52,049 bases of DNA from an uncultured Deinococcaceae bacterium (GCA_964252075.1 CAXULY010000011.1:1-52049), one strand, 5' to 3'. Numbered from the stretch's first letter, positions 10,315 to 21,800 are shown. Notes: generated by a model not told the origin, from the sequence alone. Numbers and translations: made by a program.

Positions 10315-10320
10315 CAGGAC

Positions 10321-10794
10321 ATGATGAGAAACCACCTGCTGCTCCCCCTCACCGCCCTCGCCCTCGCCGCCACCGTCTCCGCCCACGCGGCCAGCGCGGA
10401 CGTTCTGGCTGCCACGCCCGCCGCCCTGGTTGGCGTGCTCACGGAGGAAGGCTACAAGCCCCAGTTGCGCCCAGGCGACGCGCAGAACCAGCCGTCCATT
10501 GTTCTCAAGGCGAACGGCGACACGGTGTACCTCTACTTCAGCGGGTGCAAGGACGGCCTGTGCCGCCGCGTGACCGCCAGCAACGGCTACGAGTTCCCGA
10601 AGGACAGGACCAACCTCGCGAAGACCCTGGCCGCCTGGAACGCCGAGTGGTACAGCCAGGCGTACGAGGACAAGGACGCCGTGTACCTGGACGCCTCGTA
10701 CGTGGTCACTGGCGGGTACACCAAGTCGAATTTCACCGCGTGGTTTGATACGTACCTGAACGACATGAGTGAATTTGCGGACAAGCTGTACTGA
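10321..10794 (+). CDS. Secreted YbjN-domain protein
   Basis: Signal peptide ending SAHA, strong GC3 bias, LYFSGCKDGLC, AAWNAEWYSQAYEDKDAVYLD pattern typical of YbjN-like proteins. Confidence 0.75.
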   Translation: MMRNHLLLPLTALALAATVSAHAASADVLAATPAALVGVLTEEGYKPQLRPGDAQNQPSIVLKANGDTVYLYFSGCKDGLCRRVTASNGYEFPKDRTNLAKTLAAWNAEWYSQAYEDKDAVYLDASYVVTGGYTKSNFTAWFDTYLNDMSEFADKLY

Positions 10795-11348
10795 ACGGCG
10801 TCCATGCATACTGCATGGCGCAGGTCGCACGCCCATCCAGGCACAGCATGGTATGGCGCCCTGGGTAGACCGGGAGGCCGCCGTGGTGACGCCCTGAGTG
10901 ATTCCCTGCTCAACGCGTCTCCCCACAACCAACTGAGTTGCGCCCTGCCAAACGGTGTAGGGAAGAACATGCGTAGGGAGCGGGCCTCAAGTCATTGAGG
11001 CTCGCTCCCTTCCTGTATGGGAGCGGCGCCAGCTGACCGATCCCTGCGCTTTCATCCCAACACCCACACCGTAAGCGCCCGTCGCCACCTGCCTGGAAGG
11101 TCGTCTCGCCATTGAAGTTCAATTCACAGCACCGCGAGCAGCAAGGGTGTGGAGGGCAACCCACCTGGTCCCACCACCCTGGTTCGTGTGGTCATGGCAT
11201 CGCACGACGAGGCCTCAAAAGCGCCCACCCAGTTCGAGTGTGGCGAGCAGTTGCTTACGCCCTCTGGCCTCCCAGTAAGAAAATCGTGCGCCGTGCCCGC
11301 GGGAACAGCCCGCGTGCGCGGAAGGAGCGAAAACAGCGCTGGCCATAA

Positions 11349-11924
11349 TTACTGGGCGCGCGCCGTGGGGTTATCGTCTTCGCCCGCCGCTGGGGCTTGC
11401 GTGACGTCGCGGGCCATCAGGAACGCCAGGTCGGGTGAGGGTGGCTGCGCCCCGACCAGCCGGAACATCGTGGCGATCTGCGCGGTGTGCCGGACTTCGT
11501 GCTGCATGACGTGCCAGATCACTTCATCCACGGTGAGGGTCAGTGGGCTGTCCTCGTTGAGGGGAATGCGGCGCCCGGACTGCGCCTCGGTCATGATGGC
11601 CGGCCAGCGGGCGAGGGTGTCCTGCTCCACGGCCTCCCAGTACTCGAGCAGCTGCTCCAGCGGCTGGTCCTGGTGGTGCCAGTAGCGGTCCTCGGAGGTG
11701 GGCTCGAGCCCGAGGCGCTCCATGATGGACGTGTCGTTGAACAGGTCCAGGCGGAACCAGCCGTCCTCCACGGCGGCGATGTGGTAGATGAGGTCCTTGA
11801 TGCAGCGGGCGCCGGGGATGGGCACCACCGCCCTGGACAGCTGCTCGTCCGAGAGGGCGCGCAGCGCGGGCCACAGCTGACGCCGGGCGCGGGTCAGGTA
11901 CGTGTAGAACTGGCGGGTGTCCAT
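11349..11924 (-). CDS. DinB/YfiT family protein
   Basis: IKDLIYHIAAVEDGW and WHVMQHEVRHTAQI His triad. Leaderless TACCGT-N6-ATG. Confidence 0.88.
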   Translation of the reverse strand: MDTRQFYTYLTRARRQLWPALRALSDEQLSRAVVPIPGARCIKDLIYHIAAVEDGWFRLDLFNDTSIMERLGLEPTSEDRYWHHQDQPLEQLLEYWEAVEQDTLARWPAIMTEAQSGRRIPLNEDSPLTLTVDEVIWHVMQHEVRHTAQIATMFRLVGAQPPSPDLAFLMARDVTQAPAAGEDDNPTARAQ

Positions 11925-12256
11925 GCCTGCACGGTAGGGTCAATTCGCGTCAGGGGATGTCCGCTTTGAGCGCGTGACGGTCGGCGCAGGGTCATCGGGT
12001 GGCCGTACACGGCACGTGTTGGGTTGGCGCGAGGGGTCCGGGGTCCGGAGGGCCAACGCCGTCGCTGGCCCTCCGGCGCGCCATGCTCGCCTCGCGAGCG
12101 GCTGTCCCGGCGCGGGCGATCCATCCACGTCCGTCCTCCGGGTTCAGCCTTGCCGCTGGGCATCACCCAGGCCTTCCGCAAAGGTGCGCGCGGCGCGGCG
12201 GCCGGTCCCGTGCGGTTCCAATCCGGTGGGTGGCGGCACGGTGTAGCTTGAAAGGG

Positions 12257-12961
12257 ATGCTGAATGTTCGGTCGGTCCTCCGTCCGGCCGTGTGGGCGAC
12301 GCTGCTCGCTGGCTTCACGCCACCCGCTGGGGCGCACGGCCAGACCATCAACACCCTCGGGGGAAGCGTCCTGTGCCTCGACCCCGCCTCCGTCGAGGTG
12401 ACCGTGCAGGACCTGCAGCGCCCCCACCCGGCGGCGGTGCGCGCCGCACTCCTGCAGGACCTCACCCGCACGCTGCGCGCCGACCTCACCCGCTCCCGCG
12501 TGCCCACGAAGTCCCGCCCCAGCTGCCAGGGGGACGCGGCGTACACGCAGCTGGCGGTCGAGGTGCGGTACCTGAACCCCAGGAATTACGTGGGGTTCGG
12601 TGACCCCGCGTACAGCTTCAGCTTATACGCGCGCGTGATGGACCTCCGGACGGACCCCATCACGTACCGCTTCGTGTCCGGGTACGACGACATTCACTCG
12701 GAGGGCCGCACCCACCAGCCGTTCGAGGGGGCGCTGCGCACGTGGGGGGCCGAGGAGGTGCGGGACGTCGCGGTCGCCTGGCACACCACCAACCCCCTGG
12801 GCGCGGCCGTCGGCACGGCGGGTGGACTCACGCTGCTGCTGGACCGCTCCCCGCTGATGGCCCTCGCGGTGGGCGTGGTGGGCGGGACGGCCCTCATGCT
12901 GCTGGGCCTGCTCGTCTGGCGCCGCGCCCGCCCGCGGCCCGTGAACGGGCGGTCGTCGTGA
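12257..12961 (+). CDS. Exported protein with C-terminal membrane anchor
   Basis: Leaderless TAGCTT-N7-ATG, signal ending AGA-HG, C-terminal TM followed by WRRARPR. GTGA coupling to next gene. Confidence 0.7.
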   Translation: MLNVRSVLRPAVWATLLAGFTPPAGAHGQTINTLGGSVLCLDPASVEVTVQDLQRPHPAAVRAALLQDLTRTLRADLTRSRVPTKSRPSCQGDAAYTQLAVEVRYLNPRNYVGFGDPAYSFSLYARVMDLRTDPITYRFVSGYDDIHSEGRTHQPFEGALRTWGAEEVRDVAVAWHTTNPLGAAVGTAGGLTLLLDRSPLMALAVGVVGGTALMLLGLLVWRRARPRPVNGRSS

Positions 12962-13326
12962 GGTCTGCCGCGCGCATCCTGGCCGCCGTGGCGTGCGTGG
13001 CGGGCCTGGGCGCCTGCCACCCGCGCTCCGCGAACGCCTTTCCTGTCACCGTCCGCACGGCGCCCCAGCCCCCGCGGGTGGGCGACACGCCACTCGACCT
13101 GACCGTCCAGGGCGTGCCCGCGGACGCGCACATCACGGTGGAAGGCAACATGACGCACGCTGGCATGGCGCCCGTGCGGGCCGACGCCACCCGCGTGGAC
13201 GCGCAGCACTACCGGGTGGCGGCCTTCCCATTCACCATGGCGGGCGACTGGGTGCTGACCGTCACGGCCAGCAGCGGCGCGGGCACCGTCAGCAGCGACG
13301 TGCCGCTCACCGTGGAGGAGCGGTGA
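12958..13326 (+). CDS. YtkA/FixH-like lipoprotein
   Basis: Lipobox LGA-C; VEGNMTHAGMAP and FTMAGDWVLTV motifs characteristic of the YtkA/FixH Ig-like domain. Confidence 0.8.
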   Translation: MRSAARILAAVACVAGLGACHPRSANAFPVTVRTAPQPPRVGDTPLDLTVQGVPADAHITVEGNMTHAGMAPVRADATRVDAQHYRVAAFPFTMAGDWVLTVTASSGAGTVSSDVPLTVEER

Positions 13327-14783
13327 GCGTCCCCTCCGGCGCCCGGCGCGCCCCGCTGGACCTGCTGCGCCTGCCGCTCGTGCGGACCTTCGTGCGCTGG
13401 CGGTACGCGCGGCTGGCGCTGCAACTCCCGCTGCTCGCGCTGGCCGCGCTGGCCATCATGGACGGCCTCACGGGGCGCCAGGTGGCGCCGCAGAACGTCG
13501 CGACCGTCGCGGTGTGGCTTCATTACCGGGGGCTGGTGGTGCTGGCCCTGCTGGTGCTCGGCAACGCCTTCTGCGCGGCCTGCCCCCTGATGCTGACGCG
13601 CGGCCCCACCCGGTGGCTGCGCCGCTTCACGCCGCAGTGGGCGTGGCCCCGCGCCCTGCGCGGCAAGGGCGTGGTGCTGGCCCTCACCGCCGCGTACCTG
13701 TTCGCATACGAGGCTCTCGACCTGTGGGCGAGCCCGTGGCTGACCGCGTGGCTGATGATCGGGTACTTCGGCGCGGCGCTGGTGGTGGACACCCTCTTCC
13801 CGGCGGGCACCTTCTGCCGGCACGTGTGCCCCCTCGGGAACTTCAACTTCGCCCTGTCGCACGTCAGCCCCACCGGCATTCAGGCGCGCGACCCGCACGT
13901 GTGCGCCACCTGCACGGGGCGCGAATGCGTGAACGGCCGCGCGGCCACGCCCACTCCAGCCGGGTCGCCCGCGCTGATGATGCTCCCGATGCTTCAGGCG
14001 GCCGCGCCGGGCTGCGAATCGCGCCTGTTCGTGCCGCAGATGGCCAGCAACCAGGACTGCACCCTGTGCCTGAACTGCGTGCGGGCGTGCCCGCACGACA
14101 ACGTCGCGCTGGTCGTGCGCTCCCCGCTGGAGGCGCTGGGTACAGCGCGCCTCAAGGTGGACGCGGTGCTGCTGGGCGTCGTGCTGGTGTTCGCGGGCCT
14201 GCTGAACGCCTTCGCCATGACGCCCCCGTACCAGCAGGTGGCGCGCGGGCTGGCGCGCCTCCTCGGAACGCGCAGTGAGCCGCTGGTGCTGGCGGTCCTG
14301 CTGGTCCTCACGCTGGGCGCCGGCGTCCTGGTGACCGTCGCCCTGACGCGCTGGTCCAGCCGCCTGAGCGGCCACCCGGACCGCGCCATGACCGCCGCGC
14401 GCCACTGGGGCCGCGCGCTCCTTCCCTTCGCGTTCGCGGTGTGGGCGGGACACTACAGCTTCCATTTCCTGACGGGCTGGGCCAGCCTGCTGCCCGTCAC
14501 GCAGCAGGCCCTCAACCACCTCGGCGTGCCCGCCGGCACGCCGGACTGGAGCCTCGCCGCGCTGGTGCCGGAGAACCTGTTGTTCCCCGTGCAGGTCGTG
14601 ATTGTGTACATGGGGGCGTTCCTCGGGGCGCTCCTGACGGTCCGGCAGGCGCGCGCGCGCGGGCGGGTCGTGGCGGCGCTGCCACTGCTGGGGTGGCTGC
14701 TGCTGCTCGCCGCGGTGACGCTGTGGGTGCTCGCGCAACCCATGGAGATGCGCGGCACCTTCATGAACGGAAGCGGCACGTGA
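13323..14783 (+). CDS. Integral membrane 4Fe-4S protein (NapH/FixG/FesM-like polyferredoxin)
   Basis: Many TMs; motifs FCAACP, FCRHVCP, CATCTGREC, CTLCLNCVRACP. Confidence 0.85.
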   Translation: MSVPSGARRAPLDLLRLPLVRTFVRWRYARLALQLPLLALAALAIMDGLTGRQVAPQNVATVAVWLHYRGLVVLALLVLGNAFCAACPLMLTRGPTRWLRRFTPQWAWPRALRGKGVVLALTAAYLFAYEALDLWASPWLTAWLMIGYFGAALVVDTLFPAGTFCRHVCPLGNFNFALSHVSPTGIQARDPHVCATCTGRECVNGRAATPTPAGSPALMMLPMLQAAAPGCESRLFVPQMASNQDCTLCLNCVRACPHDNVALVVRSPLEALGTARLKVDAVLLGVVLVFAGLLNAFAMTPPYQQVARGLARLLGTRSEPLVLAVLLVLTLGAGVLVTVALTRWSSRLSGHPDRAMTAARHWGRALLPFAFAVWAGHYSFHFLTGWASLLPVTQQALNHLGVPAGTPDWSLAALVPENLLFPVQVVIVYMGAFLGALLTVRQARARGRVVAALPLLGWLLLLAAVTLWVLAQPMEMRGTFMNGSGT

Positions 14784-15349
14784 AGCGCGCCCTGAGCGTG
14801 GCGCTCCTCGCGCTCGCGGGCAGCGCGTCCGCGCACAGCGAGGTCGTGGTCGTGACGACCGCCCTCACTGTGCAGGGCGCGGCGCTCCGTGCGGACGCCC
14901 AGCTGATCGGCCGCACCAGCGGCCTCCCCATCCGCGGCGCGCACGTCGAGCTGGCGCTCAGCCGCGCCACGCCCGCGGACCGCGCGGCGCGCCGCGCGGA
15001 CGGCACCCTCGACCCCCGCCCGGAGCGCCTGCGCGGAGACGCCCTGATCCAGCGCGTGCCGCTCGCGCAGGACGACGCCGGGCATTACGTGGGGACGCTG
15101 CCGCGCGTCGCGGCGGGCGCGTACGTGCTGACCATCATCGACACCACGTACCGGGGGGAGACCACGTCCGCGGCGCGCGCCCTGACCTTTACGGGCGCGC
15201 CCGCCAAGGTGGCGGTGGAGCTGCCCGCCACGCAGACGCCCGGCCGGTACCTGATGTACGCCCTGCTGGGCATCCTCGTGCCGTTCCTGATTCCGGTCAT
15301 CGCGATCGTGAACGGCAACCGCAAGCAGCGCGCCTCCCGCGCCCCCTGA
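14780..15349 (+). CDS. Exported N-terminal-His protein with C-terminal TM anchor
   Basis: Signal VKRALSVALLALAGSASA-HSE, beta-rich core (GHYVGTLP..AGAYVLTI), C-terminal TM + RKQR. GTGA overlap. Confidence 0.72.
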   Translation: MKRALSVALLALAGSASAHSEVVVVTTALTVQGAALRADAQLIGRTSGLPIRGAHVELALSRATPADRAARRADGTLDPRPERLRGDALIQRVPLAQDDAGHYVGTLPRVAAGAYVLTIIDTTYRGETTSAARALTFTGAPAKVAVELPATQTPGRYLMYALLGILVPFLIPVIAIVNGNRKQRASRAP

Positions 15350-15726
15350 CTGCACCCAGGCCCGAGAGCGGCGGGGGTGCGCCAGCGACAGGAGCGCCAC
15401 TCCCTGTGGGGCCACCGCTGAGGTAGGAATTCTCTGCCCAAGCCTGCACGGTGCAGGTGCGGTCAGGTCGAGAGTGAAGCGTTTCCACAGGCGAACCTCG
15501 TCGCCCACGTGGCCTGAGCGGATGGGCACCACCTCCGGTCGGCCCACGGTGGGGATCTGAGAGGAGGTGCCGATGCCGCACAAGCCGCGTTACGGCGCTC
15601 GCTGATTGCGCGAGAAAGTCAGGACTGATCGCCCTCGGCGGAGCGGGTGGGCGGCGAGGTCAGGGTCGCCGTTCTGCGCCGCTTCTAACCTGTTGCCCAC
15701 CATCCAGCCACCGCACGGCGCCCACG

Positions 15727-18556
15727 TCAGGCGTCGGGCACGAATGCCTGAATCTGGCGCCACACCGCTTCCACCCGTGTCGGCATGATCACCACGAGGT
15801 CCCCAGGCCGCGCGGCGCGCAGGGTGGCGTTTACCGCGTCGCGCTCCTCCAGCACGGTGTGGATGTGCTCCTCCGGGAAGCCGACCGCGCGGGCGCCCTC
15901 CGCGAGTAGGCGCGTCACCTCGCCGCGCGGTCGCCCCCGCCCGTCGGGGCCCTCGCGGAAGAAGAGCTCGTCGAAGGCGGCGGCCGCCACCTCGCCCACG
16001 CGCCGGATGTCGTCGTCCCGGCGGTCGCCCGGCACGCTCACCATGCCCAGCATGCGGCCCGCTGAGGGGCGCAGGTTCACGAGGAGTGCCCGCTGCGCTT
16101 CGAGGCCTGCCGCGTTGTGCGCGTAGTCGAGGATCACCCGGAAGGGGTGCCCGTCGAAGACGTTGAGGCGCCCGGGGCTCTGCTCGAACGACGACGTGAA
16201 GCTCGACAGGCCCGCGCGCACGGTGTCCCAGTCCGCGCCCTGCCCGAGGCAGATGGCGGCCGCCGCGAGGGCGTTCTCGACGTTGAAGGGCGCGAGGCCG
16301 CCGAGCGTGGCGGGCACGTCCGCCGCGCGCATCAGCACGCCCCGCTCGCCGTGCTCGTACACCACCAGCTCATCGCCCGCCGCGCCCGCCTCGCACACCA
16401 CCGCGAGGTGCCCGGCCTCGATGTGCCGCGCGAGAATGGCGTTGCCCGTCACGCCGCGCCGGGAGAACAGCGCCACCCGATCCGGGGCGGGGGCGGGAAC
16501 GGGATTCCTTGCGCGGATACTTTAGCTCATCGTCGTCAATCCGCCCAGTTTGCCACGAATTTTCCCCGACAGAGGGCGAGAATCGCCCCGGGGCGCGGCG
16601 GCGCATGCGCAGCGTCAGGGGATCGTCGGCGTTCAGGACGCTGCACCCATCGCGGCGCCCCACGCGCACCACCAGCGACTTCAGCCACGCGAGGTCCTCC
16701 ACCGTCTCGATGCCGCCCAGGCCCAGGTGGTCCTCCGCGACGTTCAGGACGGCGCCCACGTCGCACCGGTCGAAGCCCAGGCCCTCGCGCAGCAGCCCGC
16801 CACGCGCGGTCTCCAGCACCGCCACCTCGACGGTGGGGTCGCGCAGCACCATGCGCGCGCTCTTCGGGCCGGTCGCGTCGCCCGGGTTCACGAGGAGCCC
16901 GTCCACGTACACGCCGCTGGTCGTGGTGAGGCCCACCGTCAGGCCCGACCGCGCGAACACGTGCGCGACCATGCGCGCGGTCGTGGATTTCCCGTTGGTG
17001 CCGGTGACCGCGAGGATCGGGATGCGGGCGCTCGCGCCGCGCGGGTACAGCAGGCGCAGGACGGGCCGCGCCACGTCGCGCGGGGTGCCCTCGGAGGGCT
17101 GCAGGTGCATGCGGAAGCCCGGCGCGGCGTTCACCTCCACGATGCCGCCGCCCGTCTCACGCACGCTGCGCGCGATGTCCGGCGCGAGGAAGTCGATGCC
17201 CGCCACGTCCAGCCCCACCGCGAGCGCCGCGCGGCGCGCGATGGCGGCGTTCTCCGGGTGGATGATGTCCGTGCAGTCGATGGCGGTGCCGCCCGTGGAG
17301 AGGTTCGCGGTCGCCTGCAGGACCACCACCTGCCCGGCGTCCGGGACGCTCTCGGGCGTCAGGCCGAGCTCCGCGAGGCGCGCGCGCGCCCCGGCGTCCA
17401 GCGCGATCCGGGTGAGGACGGTCTTGTGCCCGACGCCGCGGCGCGGGTCCTGGTTCACCGCGTCCACCAGCGCGCTCACGCTGCGCACGCCGTCCCCGAC
17501 GACCTGCGCGGGGAGGCGGCGCGCGACCGCCACGACCTCGCCGCCCACCACGAGGATGCGGTGGTCGTCGCCCTCGAAGTGCTGCTCCACGATGACGCTG
17601 CGCGCGTGCTGCGCCGCCACATCGAAGGCCGCGCGCACCTCCTCGGGCGTGCGCAGTCCCGTGCGCACGCCGCGCCCGTGGTTGCCGTTCAGGGGTTTCG
17701 TGACGACCGGGTACCCCAGGCGCTCCGCCTCCTGCTCGGCCTCCTCGGCGCTGCGCACCACCTCGCCGCGCGGCACGGGCACGCCGATGCCCGACAGCAG
17801 CGCCTTCGTGAGCGCCTTGTTGCCCGCGGATTCCACCGCGACGTGCGAGGTCTGCCCCGTGACGCTGGCGCGCAACTGCTGCTGGCGCCGACCGTGGCCC
17901 AGCTGCACGAGGCTCAGCTCATCGAGCCGCATGACGGGAATGCCGCGCCGCCGCGCCTCCCGCACCAGCGCGGCCGTCGTCGGGCCCAGCGACGTGCGCC
18001 GCGCGAGCGCCGTGAGGGCCGCAAGCGCCGGCGCGAGCGCGAAGGGCGCCGCGCCGAGCGCGGGCTCCTCCTCATCGTCCCGGTACAGCACGTCGAGGTC
18101 CTGCACGCCGCGCAGGTCGGGCGGCAGCAGGCTGTCCACGAGCGCCAGCGCGAAGCGGCCCGCGAGGAGCCCCACGCGTTCGTCCTCGTAGGCGTACATG
18201 ACGTTGTACACGCCCTCCTGGCCCCGCACGGCGCGGGTCTTGCCGCGCGTCACGCGCGCACCGGCGAGGGACTGCAGTTCGATCGCCACGTGCTCCGTCA
18301 CGTGCCCGAGCCACGTGCCATCCCGCAGGCGCCGCACGAAGCCGCCCGGTTCGCCGTAGGAGCAGCCGTGCTCCTGCAAGGTGGGCACGGCGGCGAGCAG
18401 CGCGTCCGTGAAGCCCGGCAGGGTGTTCGAGGGGCGGTCCGCGAGCGCCCCGAGGTCCAGCGCGAAGCGCACCATGGGCGTGAGGCTGTACAGGTGCGGC
18501 CCACGGTACACGCTGCGGTTCAGGACGCGCATGGGGCGAGGCGGGGTGTCAGACAT
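15727..18556 (-). pseudogene. cphA: Cyanophycin synthetase interrupted by a 106-bp insertion
   Basis: LQEHGCS, GTWLGHVTEHVAIELQ, ATP-grasp (KPLNGNHGRGV, NLSTGG, EVNAAPGFRMH), Mur-ligase AVTGTNGKST, LETARGG. The C-terminal part (ILDYAHN, VPGDRRD) is in another frame after the insertion. Leaderless TATGCT-N7-ATG. Confidence 0.88.
16478..16583. other. 106-bp insertion in cphA
   Basis: Removing it restores ...RRAPG-R-VALFS in frame. Less GC-rich than the flanks; bounded by imperfect 12-bp direct repeats (16478-16489, 16584-16595). Confidence 0.75.
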
Positions 18557-18821
18557 GCCCCAAAGCATAGAGAGCGGAGTGGCCCGGCGCCCGGGGCTTT
18601 CCTCAAGCTCCTTTCAGTAAGAGTTGAGGTGTGAGGCCCCGGCTGTGCGTGAGGTGATCCGGACGGGTGTCCAGGCCCCGCTGATCCGGCGTGCCCGCAG
18701 TGTCAAATAGGGCTGTTCACGGGCCGCGGGCCGGGTTTGGAGGGCGCACAGGCGTGCCACCCTCCGGTCCAGTGCCCGCCACCGCCCAGGGCCGGCATTG
18801 CAGCGGCTCTGGGCGCAACCC

Positions 18822-21800
18822 TCAGCGGAGCTGCTCGAGCACCGTGGGGTCCTGAATCTTCTGGTCCTCGGCGAGCAGCAGGGTCTTGCTGATCACCTCC
18901 GCCGTCCGGGGGTCCGGGTCCGCGAACGGCAGGAAGACGCGCCCGGCATGCGGTGCACGGTGCCGCTGCCGAGGTGCACGCTGTACTGCCCGTGGTGCCC
19001 GTCGATGAGCGCGTGGTCGTGCTCGACGCGCACGTTGCGCAATTGCAGGAGGCGCAGCGTCTCGCGCAGCAGGTCCGCGCGCATCCCGATGGTGCTGAGG
19101 GTCGCCTCGGGGTCCACCCCGCCGGTGTGCGCGACGCTCACAACCAGGTCGAGGTCGCGCATGGTCTCGCTGAAGAGGCGCGGCGGCACGCTGGCGAGCG
19201 GCATGGCGTCGCGCTCGTCGCGCCGCACGAAGTACACGGCGTGCAGGGGCGTGCCTTCCACGTCGTTCGGGGTGAACGCGCCGACCGCTGCGTCCACCCA
19301 CACGTTGATGCCCTCGTGGTGGTAGGTCTTGCGCACGCCCTCCTCCGGCACGCTGACCCAGCCGCGCGCCTTGAGGAGCGCCGCGGCCTGCGTGGGCTGC
19401 ACGTGGTGCCCGGCGTACCGGGCGCTGCGGTGCGCGCCCTGCTCGGCGGTCGTGATGGGGTAGTACTCGCGGAACGCCTGCTTGAACGGTTGCGTGACGC
19501 CGTCCTCCATGATGCGCTGCTGGTGCGCGCGCCACGCGCCGCTGACGAACAGGTCGTGCGGGTGCGCGACGCGCAGGGCCTGCCCCGCGAGCGCCTGCGG
19601 GCCGTCCAGGGTCTCAAGGGTGTCGCCCCGCCACCACCCGAGGTGCCGTTCGCCCAGCACCCACAGCAGGCCGCGCAGCATCGGCGCGATGACCGGGTGC
19701 GCCGCGAGGGCCGTCAGCTCGCGCGGCTCGAACAGGTCGCCGCGCGTCATGGCGTCCTCCAGCGCGAGGCGCATGCGCGCGCGGGTCGCGGTGAGGTCCG
19801 TCACCTGCGCGCGGAGGCGCGCAACTTCCGGGCGTTTCTTCAGGGCGGCGGGCAGCGCCTTGAGGGTCCGCTCGCCGCGCTGCACGTGCAGGCTCGGCTC
19901 ACCGTCGGGCGTGAGGTGAATGCGGGCGGTGACGTCGCCGTCCTGCGCGACCCCGGACCAGTCCGGTGCGAGCTGCGCTTCCATCGTCCACATGAGGCGC
20001 TGCGGGTCCTGGTACCCGGCGGTCCGCGCGAGGTTCTGCAGCCCGATGTCCGCCGCGCGCCGCTCGCTCGCCTGCCGCTGCGCGCCGAACTGCCGCGCGC
20101 CCCGGCGGAACTCCGAGAGCAGCTGGTAGCGGCGCCGCAGGGTGCCTTCGGCGTCTGGTCCCGTCCCGAGGGGCAGGAGCCCCAGGGCGCGTGCGGCGTC
20201 CAGGTTGCGTTTCCCCTGGACGCGCTCGCGCAGCGTGCCTTCCGGCACCGCGCCGAGGATCGCCTGCGCGTACAGCTCCGCGCGTTTGTGCCCGCCGCTG
20301 GAGGACGCGTACTTCGCGGCGTCGAGCAGGGCCGTGAAGCGCGCCGCGCCCAGCGTGGCGTGCATGCGCCGGAACCACGCGACGTCCACCGCGCCCTCGG
20401 TGAGGTCCAGCGCGGCGAGGGGCGTGCGCTCGCTGATCTCGGCCTCCCAGGCGTCCCGCACCTCCTGCGGGACGCTCCAGTTGCTGTCGCGGGTGTGCGC
20501 GTGCAGCCAGTACACCGCGTCGTGCAGGCCCGGCCACCCGAGCGTCGCGGCCACCAGCGGCGCCCATTGCGGCGCGAACACGGCGAGGTCCAGCAGCGGG
20601 GCCTGCGTCGCGCCGCGCGCCGTGGCGAGCGCCGCGAAGGACCCGGCGGTGTCGGTCGGCGCGGGGAAGGACACGCGCAGCAGGTGGCTGAAGGTGACGT
20701 CCTTGCTGCTGTTGGACCCGCTGTACCCGCGCTTGAGGGGGTTCTTGCCCATGCCGCGCAGCAGGCGCAGCGCGGTCTCGGCGCCCTCCAGGCCCTGCAG
20801 GTTCAGGGCGGGCGCCGTGGCGGGCGTCTCCAGGTCCCCGCGCGCCAGCTCGACCTCCAGCACCCGCGCCCGCGCGGCGTTCACCGCGTCCTCCCAGGCA
20901 GGGGTGCTGGGGAGGTCCGGGCGACGCTTGCGGCGGGTGTAGTCGCGCAGGGCGTCGAATTGCCGCACGCCGTGGTAGGTCACGCCCTCCTCCTCCGGGC
21001 GGGGGCCGATGAGGGTGTCGAGCAGGTCCGCGCGGGTCGCCCAGCCACGCTGCTCGGCCGCGAGGAGCAGCGCCACGTCGGGCCGCTGGCGGGGCAGGTG
21101 CGGGAAGGCGCGGTCCGCGTACACGGCGTTCCCCCACGCGCGCGCCCACTGGGCGTCCGTCCACGTCTCGCGGGGCGTGCTGGGCCACAGGAAGCGCAGC
21201 AGGTCGCGCGGGTCGGTGTTGCGCCACGCGTAGCGCGCGTCGCGCACCATGCGGGCGTCGGTCGGAAGCGCCGCCAGGACGGTCTCCAGCGCGTCCAGGG
21301 CGAGGTCCGTGTCCACGCGGGTGGCGTGGCGTGCGGTGAGGTGCTGCAGGACCGGGTGCAGCAGCGGCGCGTGCTCCAGCCACAGGCTCACCAGCGGCCC
21401 CAGGGTGCGGTGCAGCGTGAGGCGCCGCAGGCGCTGCTCCTCCTGCAGCGGCTGGGCGTCCGCGGCCTCCAGTTCGGCGAGGAGTTCCTCGGCGGTGGCG
21501 TCCTGACGCGCCGCGTAATGGTGCAGCGCCCAGCGCATGCGCGTCAGGTCGCCCGCCTGCGGCTCCGGGCGGTGCGCCCACCAGTGTTCCCAGAGGTCCG
21601 CGAGCGGCATGTCGTCGCCCCGCAGCTGCCACGGGCGGGCGTTGCCGAGCAGCGCGGTCTCCTGACCGTCCCACCCAGTGACGCTCAGCGGCGTCTCGCG
21701 GTGCTGCGCAATCAGGGCGTCCAGCGACGTCAGGAGCGCCGCGCCGCGCTGCACGTCCCGCGGGAAGTCCCGGTCGGACGCGCTGGGGGCGGTCAGGGGC

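Noticed and set aside
10800..11348. ORFs between the YbjN and DinB genes
   Set aside because: Lower GC3, no recognisable product or start signals.
16478..16583. IS/MITE or intron call for the cphA insert
   Set aside because: No terminal inverted repeats, no transposase, too short for a self-splicing intron, and no second copy seen.
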